Below, in pieces: positions 1-10,224 of a stretch of DNA of 64,000 nucleotides (position 1 is its first letter; each line of letters starts with the position of its first letter). The stretch is taken from contig QPGO01000081.1 of the NCBI GenBank assembly GCA_008632985.1, positions 186,001 to 250,000 of the forward strand, in the 5' to 3' direction. The DNA is from Psammoneis japonica (lineage: Eukaryota). Both the position numbers and the translations under genes were made by a program. The notes under the pieces were generated by a model. It searched no databases. It saw only the letters and a program-made list of their open reading frames with translations, and was not told the DNA's origin.

Positions 1-2
1 AT

Positions 3-305
3 ACAAACTTGTATCATCACGTGGGACACTCGGTACAGGTTCAAAACCCCGACCATCGTGGCGCAAGCAAAGGAGGATCGTCTCCTCTTGGAGTATCCGC
101 GTATCGGTTTGAAAAGAACAAGCCCGTTCCAAAGAACTTTTTGGGTATCTCCAAGCGAGACAACAAGGCTGACGAGATTCAATCCTATGTGCGATCTATG
201 GAGCAGTTTGCAAGGTTGGGTCAAACGTGGGTCCAGCAATACACGGGGGAGGACGTGGGAAAAGGGGTTCGTGGAAAAGGAAACGAAAAGAGACAAATGG
301 TGTAG
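3..305 (+). CDS. 3' end of a gene entering from the left edge; possibly a class 3 lipase-like C-terminus
   Basis: Frame open from the window edge to TAG at 303-305 (..NLYHHVGHSVQV..), followed by AT-rich 3'UTR-like sequence. Product guess rests only on the YHHVGH motif. Confidence 0.35.
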   Translation, partial: TNLYHHVGHSVQVQNPDHRGASKGGSSPLGVSAYRFEKNKPVPKNFLGISKRDNKADEIQSYVRSMEQFARLGQTWVQQYTGEDVGKGVRGKGNEKRQMV

Positions 306-1021
306 GTTTGAAAGATAACGTTAATAATCGAAATGAAAACTAAACCAAATAGCCATTCACTACTTCAAAATAAAGATTAAACAATGTTTTTTGGCGTTGT
401 TCGAGGTGCAAATCCTCAGGATCATACGGTAGGAGTAGGCTATGCCCCTGCGCTAACAAAACCAAATTTCAACATGGCAATTCTCCGAGCTAGAAACTAT
501 CGGTCTCACCCCAAATAATATTTTGGCGCCAAGCTTCAAAACCGCCAATCCTCACAAGTTTTCCGAAATCTCTCAAATTGTGACGGCCAGTTTCGTCGCA
601 ACGAACACAGGTGGCACAAGATGACGCGCATTTTTGAAATTTTGCTAGTCAGAATGTCTGACAGAATGACGTGTTTAGCGCCACAAATTTATTCAAATTT
701 TATACAGAGACGAATACAAATCTATAGAAACGGCGATCTGCTCACCTTGTTGACACCAAGACGTCACGACCATCCAACCAGCATCTCTTGTGCTTTGCGA
801 CATCATTAGAGAAAATAACCGAAGGATCAGCGTTGGTGTGACAAACTGGGTTGCTGCTGCCGAGGCTGCAAAAGAAGGGACGAACAAGGCGTATGGATCC
901 TGCAGCAAAAGTTGATCATCCGCGGAACAAGTGAAATTGAACAATTTTGTGGGACCAAAACGTTACTGTACATACAATCTGAGAACGCGACTGGCGGGAG
1001 GCGGGAGAAGCCCTTCTGAAT

Positions 1022-4000
1022 ATGGCATCGCCTCATGTAGATACTCCTATTGCAGATCCCGCTCTGAGTGTTCTAGATCGAGCGCTGAGAGGTGATGAAG
1101 ATGCCTTGGCATTTCTGGATCGAACGCTGTCTGTCTATGTGTTGGATGCAACCGATCCCTCGAAACCTCAGACTTACGGGAGTTGGAACTTTATCCACGA
1201 AGTCATGAACGAAGTGGAACGGTACGAGTCGAGGAGTGACTACTCTCGAGTTACGTTGGATCGACATGTTCAGTTGCTCGCCAACATTGCCAAGCGAGTC
1301 GCACGCAAGTCTCCCATGGCGGACCAACGCTTGGTCGAAACGTGCATTGCCAACTCGTCCATCACCGCGGATCAACCACGTCGGCAAGAGTTGGTCAAAC
1401 TCAATCATGAAATGAGAGAAATCGTTATGGGTCGTATCGCGGCTATATGCTTTGATTTTGCCTTTTACAACAACGCCAACAGTGCCTTTTGTTTCTCCAT
1501 GGAGCAACTCTGTGCCGTCTTGGCGGCCAACGCCGTATCCACCGGCCCAAAGGCGATTCATCACTTTTTGATGGAGTGGATCATACCTAGTCGGGAGTCC
1601 ATGCCGCCCTTGTCGGTCGTTCATGTCGTACTCCACGTCGCTACGGAGGCTCTACGAATGGAGGCACCCATGGGAACACGAGACATGCTGCAGCAACTAT
1701 CACAAGCAACCATGGGACTAGTAGCTGCACCAGTCTTGGGACAAGCGGTCGAACTCTTGTCTGCGGAACAAGATAACAGTATCGTATTGGTGGCGTGTCT
1801 TGCCACTATGGAGCGTTGGTTTCGAGCGACAGATTTAAGCTTGCCACAAATGAAACACTTGAGTCACAAGGTCAACATTGACATTGTTCTGGTTCTTTGC
1901 AATGTCTTAAACTCCGACTCGGAACAAGCCTTGGATTGCTTGGCAGATTTCATCGAGGTGGCACTGTCATCCAACAACTCGTCAGCCATGTCGCCAAGTC
2001 GCATGACGCAGGCTCGTCACTTGATTCATGTAGACGAAGCCGAGTTTCAACAGTCCATCTCGGCAAAAGAGCTTAATCGGATTGAACAAAAGGAAATGGC
2101 TGTGATTTTAAAACAACTCGTATCGGCGTGCTCGTTGCAACGACAACGACTTGTCGATCAAGCGTCTCGCACAGGCATTTGTCGCAACTTGTGCCGCGTC
2201 GCCGTAGCCGTGTCTCGTGCCTTGTTTGCCAACGAAGATTCACAGCGAACCGATGAAGGCCTTGTGGATATGCTGCTCAAGGCTGGATCTCATCCCATGG
2301 TTCGTGTCTGTAGCATGGCACTGATGCAGTTGTCCAAGGAGCTGCTACGACACGACGAGAGCTTGTGCTTTCGACTCCTGCCCGTGTTGCAACACCGAGC
2401 AATCATACCGCTAGACAAGATTGCAGAGACCACCGGTGTCGAATTGGATGGATATGAAAGTTTCCGTTCCTTTGTGCTCGCAGACGCGCTCAAGGCTTGC
2501 TTTTGCGAAAAGCCAGACTATTATTTGGATTCTTGTATATCAGCCATTGAAGAATTCTGCAACGCCCCGCCTTCCAACGATGTTGGGTTTCAACTGGAAG
2601 CCGCTCTCTTTTGTCTCGTCGTGGTAGCATCTGAAGTATTGCAACTACAAGACAACTCTCAAGACCCGAATCGAAACGAGACAAATCATGACTCAAGGCT
2701 AGAACGATGCATGGTTGCGCTAACACGAGTATCGTCCGAACCAATTCTTGATAATCCCCTCATGTGCGCCCAAATGTGTCGGTTTTTCGAAAAGTATGCG
2801 AGATGGTTGTCGACAAAGCAAGACACCAGAGGACTCGAGGTAGCTACGCAAGTGGCGCTTTCGACATTCAACATGGCAAGTACAGCCACGCCTTCGTTGA
2901 ATCGAGCGCTGATACAAATCATGCCGACGTCTCCGTTTTCAAGAGCCGCAAAAACACTAGAGGTTATTCTGGTACTTTGTCCTCAACATTTCGCCACTAT
3001 TCCAGCCATTACGAAACTTGGAGGCGCATGGGAAGCCTCCTATGTCGCGAGCAACCAGGGTCGGTTGGTCACGGTAGAGGATCGCAAGAGACTTTGTAGG
3101 GGTATTTGTTGTGTTTTGGCGTCTCTTCCACAGGATCAACGATCCAAGTCGTTTCTCGCCTTATCCCTTCCGACTGTGGATTGTCTCGAGAAAATGACCA
3201 AGTTTGCGGATGACACGAGAGCTGATGAGCCACAATCGTTGACCAAGTCAGCTCTGGATAATGTCGATTCGGTATTGGCCCGTGTCGCTGATGAAGTTCA
3301 AGTTCTATCTACCATGACGCGTTCCTTTGGAGAATTCTGCTCAAATTCTGCCGTTCAGATGGGAACTGGAGATGCACCCGATGGGCAAGCCATGGTGAAG
3401 AACCCATCCTTGGGTGTCTTAAAGAAAACGTGGCCCTGTATTACTCGTTTGGCGACAACCTATTTCGCGCACGACCGGGTGTCCATTGCGTTAGGTGAAC
3501 TCCTCTCCGAGAGTGTCCCCCGAGATGTTCATGACGACGATAGCTTCTCTCTGCTTAAAGATCTTTGTGGCGTTGCAACGCTCGTGCTTTCCAATGCTGG
3601 GGAGGCATCAACATCAACAAGGCCTATATTCCAGTTTATCGAAGAGGTGATTCGTGTCCACGGCAATGGGGTCGAAAGGACTGCAACGTCTGGAAATGCA
3701 GACGATACTTCGTCACACGGTCGTCCAGAAGAAACCAGTCGACTGGTGGAGAGTCTTTTGCTGAGTTCTACAGAAGCAGCTAAGGCTTCTCTATATGCAG
3801 GTCGAAGTAGCCAAGGAAAGGAGCAAGGGCAGGGGCAACAGCCCTATGAATGCAAGGTGGAATCTGTTCCCGTCAACAGAGAACCAGAGAAGTCAACTGA
3901 AGTCCTATCGGGATTGTTTTCTGTTTTGGCAGTGTGTGTCCAGAAATGTCCAGTCTTTGTCGCGCATCTTCCTGCCACGGCAGGCGCTGCGGATAGTGAT

Positions 4001-4540
4001 GACGACTTGCTTCTGGTCTGTAGTCTGGAGGCGGCAGTCGCTGCCTTGACAGAAACTCAAGACGAGGTATCAAGAAGCTCCATGCATTTTCTGAAGGCAG
4101 CTGTTGACCTCTATGACTCTTCCGTATTCGATGGTGGCCAGAACGGAATTCAATCCATAAGACAGACTCTGGCTGGACTCTTGAGCCGCACCAGAAGGAC
4201 AATTGTGATGACAATTTTATTGAATGTGTGTGGCTTGTATGCTCACATGTCACTTGAACCTGCGGCTCTTCTCCTTTGTTCTATCATGAAAACGTTTGAG
4301 CACCGGCACGAAGCGGAATCAGTTTTGGATGCAGCGCTTCGGCAGGATCAATTCATATTGGGAGACGACGCCCGTAGCACGACCGTGCAAGTTTTGGCCA
4401 AGTCGACGTTTGGAGTTGCAGCCCAATCGATTGTACCGCAGATTCTTAGCGACATTTGGAGCTTACACCAAACATCCGATGTCGGCAGTATCGCAGGTGG
4501 TGATGCTGTAAATCGATACATTCAAACTTACGCCGATTAG
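1022..4540 (+). CDS. Importin-beta superfamily HEAT/ARM protein (transportin-SR/importin-13-like), 1172 aa
   Basis: Long uninterrupted helical Leu-rich ORF with normal TA/CG content; MEQLCAVLAANAV and LEAALFCL resemble TNPO3/IPO13 segments. Confidence 0.7.
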   Translation: MASPHVDTPIADPALSVLDRALRGDEDALAFLDRTLSVYVLDATDPSKPQTYGSWNFIHEVMNEVERYESRSDYSRVTLDRHVQLLANIAKRVARKSPMADQRLVETCIANSSITADQPRRQELVKLNHEMREIVMGRIAAICFDFAFYNNANSAFCFSMEQLCAVLAANAVSTGPKAIHHFLMEWIIPSRESMPPLSVVHVVLHVATEALRMEAPMGTRDMLQQLSQATMGLVAAPVLGQAVELLSAEQDNSIVLVACLATMERWFRATDLSLPQMKHLSHKVNIDIVLVLCNVLNSDSEQALDCLADFIEVALSSNNSSAMSPSRMTQARHLIHVDEAEFQQSISAKELNRIEQKEMAVILKQLVSACSLQRQRLVDQASRTGICRNLCRVAVAVSRALFANEDSQRTDEGLVDMLLKAGSHPMVRVCSMALMQLSKELLRHDESLCFRLLPVLQHRAIIPLDKIAETTGVELDGYESFRSFVLADALKACFCEKPDYYLDSCISAIEEFCNAPPSNDVGFQLEAALFCLVVVASEVLQLQDNSQDPNRNETNHDSRLERCMVALTRVSSEPILDNPLMCAQMCRFFEKYARWLSTKQDTRGLEVATQVALSTFNMASTATPSLNRALIQIMPTSPFSRAAKTLEVILVLCPQHFATIPAITKLGGAWEASYVASNQGRLVTVEDRKRLCRGICCVLASLPQDQRSKSFLALSLPTVDCLEKMTKFADDTRADEPQSLTKSALDNVDSVLARVADEVQVLSTMTRSFGEFCSNSAVQMGTGDAPDGQAMVKNPSLGVLKKTWPCITRLATTYFAHDRVSIALGELLSESVPRDVHDDDSFSLLKDLCGVATLVLSNAGEASTSTRPIFQFIEEVIRVHGNGVERTATSGNADDTSSHGRPEETSRLVESLLLSSTEAAKASLYAGRSSQGKEQGQGQQPYECKVESVPVNREPEKSTEVLSGLFSVLAVCVQKCPVFVAHLPATAGAADSDDDLLLVCSLEAAVAALTETQDEVSRSSMHFLKAAVDLYDSSVFDGGQNGIQSIRQTLAGLLSRTRRTIVMTILLNVCGLYAHMSLEPAALLLCSIMKTFEHRHEAESVLDAALRQDQFILGDDARSTTVQVLAKSTFGVAAQSIVPQILSDIWSLHQTSDVGSIAGGDAVNRYIQTYAD

Positions 4541-4871
4541 GAAGGAATGGTGTTGGCAGGGATTGTTCCAGGACTGCACCTCTCTCATCTTAGGTGAGAA
4601 CTCATAGCGTTGTTAGGTTGAAATGACGTGGAGCGTGGGGTCGCCCATTGTCTGGAGATGCAAGAAGCTGACAGTCAATGTGGGTGCTTCGATGGTGGGC
4701 TGGTGAGGCATCGAGACCGATGGCTTAAGAAGAACGGCTACCGGTAAAGATGAACGGGAAAAAAGCATGTTATAAAAATATTATTCTTGAGATGCAGATG
4801 AAGTGGCTATAAGCGGATAACCGAGTGTTTGCCTCCTTCATTGACAATTTTATCAGTTTGGAAAGGTTAAG

Positions 4872-5270
4872 TTAATGAACTGAAATGTGTCCACTTTGTG
4901 GTGTCTGAGATTGATTCGACTGATGGACTCCCTGTTGACCTGAATCTCGTGTCCTTACCAAAACTATTGCCACTATCTGCATGCGATGTTTTAATGTGGT
5001 CAAGTCTTTGTAGTCATCCTTTGACGCCGCTGATCGATAAAGAATCTCCTCCATCTTTTTTGCCATGAATGGGATCTGAAGAGCCATTCCAGGCTTGTGC
5101 ATCTTACGATACACCATTATTTGGCGTATGCTCTTGATAACTCGGCGGCGATCGTCAATGTCGAGTTGCGGTTTCTGCCACATTTTCTTTTTGAGAGCTG
5201 GTGGAGCTTTCGTGATGGACAACGCGTCCATCTTTGCTACTGTAGTCGATATCGTCGGGGCCTTGCACAT
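4872..5270 (-). CDS. Small KIX_2 (Med15/CBP-type) domain protein
   Basis: WQ..D.DDRRRVIKSI...IPFMAKKMEEILYRSAASKDDYKDLTTLKHRMQ matches the stramenopile/plant KIX-like pattern. Confidence 0.7.
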   Translation of the reverse strand: MCKAPTISTTVAKMDALSITKAPPALKKKMWQKPQLDIDDRRRVIKSIRQIMVYRKMHKPGMALQIPFMAKKMEEILYRSAASKDDYKDLTTLKHRMQIVAIVLVRTRDSGQQGVHQSNQSQTPQSGHISVH

Positions 5271-5882
5271 GGTTAATATTTATTTTCTAATTGGACTGTG
5301 ATTGTGAGAGGCTTTTTTCGACGTACGACGTGTGAGATTTGTGGCAACAAATACGAACTGCCATTCCGCCGTTGTTTGCAAACGCGGCTTGCTGAAGTTT
5401 CGTGGTCTTGCTTACGTCCATTTAGGCGCTTGCCACCATCAAACATTTAACAGAGACATTTTGGACTCACGACTGAACAGCGTAGAATTCTACGCAACAG
5501 TATGGGATTTTGGAATTTTGTTCGGGTCCTCCGTCAGTGGGTGTGATCGATTCGTTGACTGCAAGTGGAAAGTTCACTTCGCATCGGCGCCACAGGTACA
5601 CCGATAAACACCGCTTATTTTACTGAACTAACCGGAGGATAGGCCCTCTCCAACCTTCACCCGGGAATAAATCGTTTCGGTTCTTGTACAGCAGTGTCTG
5701 TTCCCGCCTTCGCTTGTCACGGTCCAATTTTGTCGGCCTGCCTTCCCGTGCGTGCAACCGACAGAACAATTAGGGGCGCGCTGTGGACGATCACAGGATA
5801 TACACATGACTCAAGATTTAAATCTCGTTAATCTACGAAATTGTAAAGGCGAAAGCATTGTAGTATTGCTGTTTCTTTCCCT

Positions 5883-5966
5883 GTGAGCTCCCTTGTCAGA
5901 AACCAAGGAGGCAAAGTCGAATAAAAATTATACCCCGGCCTTGGTTTCGTCATTCCGGAATCTCAC
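5883..5966 (-). promoter_or_regulatory. SECIS element in the 3'UTR of selenoprotein O
   Basis: Minus strand: GTGAGATTCC-GGA-ATGAC-GAAACCAAGG-(CC..apical)-CCTTGGTTTC-TGAC-AA-GGGAGCTCAC. AUGA/GA core, perfect 10-bp helix II and a helix I, about 80 nt after the stop codon. Confidence 0.85.
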
Positions 5967-6046
5967 CACCAAACAACAAGAAAACGTCACGCCCTACAAA
6001 CAATATTTGTATTCGCGCATTTCTCCCTCCTCGACGGAGAAAGCGC

Positions 6047-8167
6047 TTACGAAGATCACGACATGAACGCGGTTCCCCCCGCCAAGAGTGAACTCGGGTC
6101 CGCACGACTGTAGTAGCGTCGCTCCTGTTCCGGTGTTCCTTCGTCGTAGGGTTTTTGAATCAAGGAAAACAAATCGTAAAGCAAATCATAATCCCCATTG
6201 CCCGCGTCCGTGTAGGCATCCACCATCATCCATTCCCTCAAAACGTACTTGGGGTTGACCAACTTCATGCGCTCCCCGGCGGACGTGTCGTTGCGGTCAG
6301 CGTCGTCCTTGAGTTCGGCGCGCCACGATTCAATCCAATTCAAATACTTCTTCTTGTCTTGCTCTGATAGTGGCTGATAAAAGGGATTCTTCATGTTGTT
6401 CTCGTCCACTTCAGATTTGGTTCCTCCCATGAGGATACGGAGCATTCCCTCGTAGTCGTCAGATTCCAAATCAAACTCGAGTGCTACAGTCGTGAGCTGC
6501 CTCCAAAAGAGAGTCCAGTCCACTCGCGTGGAGCGCATCATGGGCTCTAGGCTTTTCCACAAGTCATTACCCGCCTCGTTGTCCTTGGACAATCCCATTT
6601 TGGTGCGAAAGGTTTCGTCCAGTTTCGATTGAAACATTTCCTGCGCGCTCGTCATGAATTCCTCAATCACTTGATCCTTGTCCTTGGAAGAATCGTTTCC
6701 ACAAATTACGGGAGCTACCGATTCCACCAACACTCCATAATTGGCAAAGCCAGCAGACGGTTGATTTAGAAAACCAAAATGGTCTCCCGATCCCGTCCAC
6801 TTGGCAAAGAGGGGTGAATACTCCTCCATGAAACCAAAGGGACCATAATCCATGGTATGACCACCCACCAAGCAATTGTCAGCATTAAAGTTGCCTTGCG
6901 CAAATCCAACACGGACCCAATTTGACACCATGGTGGACAATCGATCCGCCGATTCTTCCAAGAGGGTCGTTGCGGCTTGAACAATGTTTTCGTCCTTGAT
7001 GTTGGGCTCGTATGCCTCTTTGCGAAACTCACGAAAACAGGCATGCCAAACCAGTTCTTCTAGTTCTTGCACTTCACGATTGGACGTGTCGTACTTGCCC
7101 AGCTTTTCTACACGCCGAGCATGCAAATCAAAATGACCAATACGCGTAAAACTGGGCGCCACACGACAGGTAATGGCACATGGCTCACGAATCAGCATGT
7201 TTGGATCGGCCTTCTGATTGCGTAATTGTTGCATAATTTTCACCTTTTCCTCCTCGGAATAGTCCGCTAACCGCGGATCGTCCATGTTGGGTAATTGCAA
7301 TTTGGCATCTTGCGAATACCACGGTCGTTGTACGGAATCCGTTTCACTCCGAACCAACGACAAGGCCCGTGTTGTGGCGACACCCATGTACCACATGGCT
7401 TCGCTGGCGAGGAATTCACGAATACTACTCCGTAGCACGGCACGTCCATCGGCATTGCGACAAAAGGGTGTCGTGCCTCCACCCTTGAGTTGGAGTTCGT
7501 ACCCATGAAACTCACCAATGCTTTGTGCACGTCCGTCGCCATACCCCACGCCGGTCCCGTACGGACAATTGTGCGTATACCGAGTGCCCATGATGCTCAA
7601 GGCATACGGTGTGGCCCACGCCGGTCCGAGTTCGGGAAGGTTTCCCGATACCCAATTCAGAAATTCTTGTGATTCAATCTGAGCATCCGTCAGTTTCAAC
7701 AAGTTGTGTGCCACATCGGGACTGTGCAGAATGAGTTTTGTGTTTTTCAGTGGTGTTGGTTGTACAAGGACATAATGGCCGTTGTACACGGGTCGCTTGG
7801 TACGATTGTCGTGCTCTGCAAAATCAGGAATGCCTTCGATCTTTTTGGATTTTTCATAATTTTCAGGTGTTTCGGCAGACAATTGTTTCAACCACGAATT
7901 CTCGAGTGCTTGTTGAATGGGTGCCAAATCTTCAATCGTTTTCGTTGTTGATTCCATCATGGTGTTGGTCTTGCTATTCATAGAAAAGGCTCGAGTCGTC
8001 GGTGTTGATGATCCAAAAAAGAGTGATGCAGTCGTGGCAGCAACTACTTGAATCGACCTACTAGTACGCATGACGGTTGTTCTTCCAACCAGCACTCTTT
8101 CCCTACTGATACTACTTCTGGCAAACGCTTTTCTTATTGTCAGCTGCGTAGTTGTTCCAAAGAGCAT
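6047..8167 (-). CDS. SELENOO: Selenoprotein O (YdiU/UPF0061 protein adenylyltransferase) with C-terminal selenocysteine, ..MSUSS*
   Basis: YGDGRA, ELQLKGGGTTPF..ADGRAVLRSSIREFLASEAM, GFAQGNFNADN, MDYGPFGF, NPKYVLR motifs. TGA (6056-6058) is followed by TCT TCG TAA, the conserved U-S-S end. Start at ATG 8167 is uncertain. Confidence 0.93.
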
Positions 8168-8809
8168 GCGGTGGGTATAGATGAAAAGAAGCACCTATTC
8201 TACTGTCTACTGTATGACTGTATGTGTACGGTAGTGCGGCAGAAAAATGAAACAAGTTCAAAGTTTGCCGCCGAGATCGATCGAACAGCAAGCTGGACAC
8301 GTCATCAGCCCCCACGTCATGATGTAGTCGCATTATTCCTTTGATTCGAACAAGTCATTAGATTGCAGCTCATCTCGTCGGTTTTGGTGTCGAGGAGTTA
8401 CATGCTTGTCATCCCTTTTTCGCATGGACAAGAGGAATTGAAATACATGGTAGTCGTTTTCTAAAAGTGCCAAAACAAAAAAAAGCTGCTCGCCTTCTGG
8501 CTGGGTCCTCCTTTTGTCCCAAGATTTTGGCGCATCGGCTTTGCACCAACACAAAAGTTGCTGCTGCTGATTCCAACTGGGTGTGGCCCCCATTTGCAGG
8601 GCTTCTCATCTTGCCCAGAGCAGGAGGGAGACACATTGTGTGGGTGTGCTCCAGAGGAGGGAGACATCAGCAGACATGTGCTCTTGAGTTGTTCCTGTTG
8701 GCTCAGCAGCAGGCCCACACTGAGGAAAAAACAGCTCCTTGAACATGAGCTGGCTGCCTGCGGGCTGGTGGAAAATGTTGTTTAGAGAGGACCTTGTGCA
8801 TTGTGCAAA

Positions 8810-10060
8810 AAATTGCACACAACATTCACATGCCAGACATCTTGCAGGTGTGCTTGTGTGGGATGACTGGTGGGGACAGTCGACCTCCAGAGATTGATTG
8901 AAGACAGACCCCCACCACTCCCTCTCCTGTTCTCGTCACATCCACTTTTTGATGTCAGCAGCAACTCACTCTCCTCAACACCATGCTTGTTTCAACACAT
9001 TTTCTTGTGCTGGTGCTGCCCTTCTCAGATGGTGCTCCTGCTGCCATGGCCCCTGCCAGCCTGCTGTTTCAACTGCTTCTTTTGTTTTTGCATTGATTGC
9101 ACAACTTTGTTCTTTTGCTGCAGCCCTGGGCCAGTCAACACTTTGCAGCAGCAATTTTTTGGCATTGGCAAATTTTGAGGGTTCACATGCTCACAGTTGC
9201 CTTTCCTGACAAATTTCTGCCAACAATGCACAGTTTCTGCATGGGGTTTGGTGCAAACTCTGCATGACTCACAAATCACAACTGACAACCAACTTTCATC
9301 CCATCTTGGAGCTTGTTCTCTTGTCATCTACACCTGACAGCTCTCAACAACAATGACTGTGCTCCTTCTTGCCATCTCAAACCAGGTTTCACAGCTCACG
9401 ACGTGCACCAAGCATTTTGCCTTTGTTTGTGGTTCAGCCCTTTTTGTGCATGTGAGATGATCTTTGGAGTCATTGGTGCTTCACCTGTTGATTGTGATTT
9501 TCCCACACGTTTCTCTGCTCTCAAGATCCAGCGCCAAACTCTGTGCATTTCAGAAACTTGTCACATGTCAGCAAAGACTCCAGCTCAATGTTGATCTCCA
9601 TTTAGCCCACACATCTGTCAGTCCTTGACAACCCCCCCCTCCCTTTTCCAACTGACAACTTGCTTGAGCCCCTCACATGTTGTGTGGCAGCACAATTTTT
9701 TCTTTTGTTGATGCACTCAGCAGATGCAGTGAGCAAAACAAAGCCACTAAAAAAAGCTCCCCCCTTGATGTCTTTTAAGTTGTCTTGCACACCAGTTTCT
9801 GCAGTGGGAAAGGAAGCTGCCTTCCCACCCAACTGTTGCTGTTTTCTTTTTTTGTGGCCATTTTTTAAAGTTACAAACAATGCAACAAACCCTGTTTTGC
9901 ATGCTGTGCTCATGCAGGCATCACCTGAACAAGGTGGCGCCAATTCCATGGCCAATGTGTGGCCAATTTTTCTGTGCACAAACAAACTGGTGTGCTGGAA
10001 GTGTGAGTTGGAAGATGCTGGCCTGGCTGGCATTGGAGCAACAGCACTGTGAAATGGATG
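8810..10060 (-). repeat. Diverged direct repeat, copy 1 (relic of an unknown gene; partner at 14875-16070)
   Basis: Collinear shared blocks, e.g. cacattttcttgtgctggtgctgcccttctcaga (~8996 / ~15045) and gtgctggaagtgtg..acagcactg..tgaaatggat (~9992-10059 / ~16003-16071). Confidence 0.8.
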
Positions 10061-10224
10061 AGGTTTTTTTGTTCTTGTCCATCTGAATGCTGTGCACCAT
10101 GCTTGAAGAATGAGCACAAACAAAAGCAGAATGAACAAAGAAAAGTGGAAATTATGACATTGGGTTTGGCTCTGTGATTTTGGGTTTCTCCAAATGAGCC
10201 CTCAATTGCGCGAAGCATTGGCGC

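Noticed and set aside
385..1010. E2F-like motifs (TTTTGGCGCC ~521, GGCGGGA ~993-1006) upstream of the importin-like gene
   Set aside because: Short motifs, plausible by chance, no independent support.
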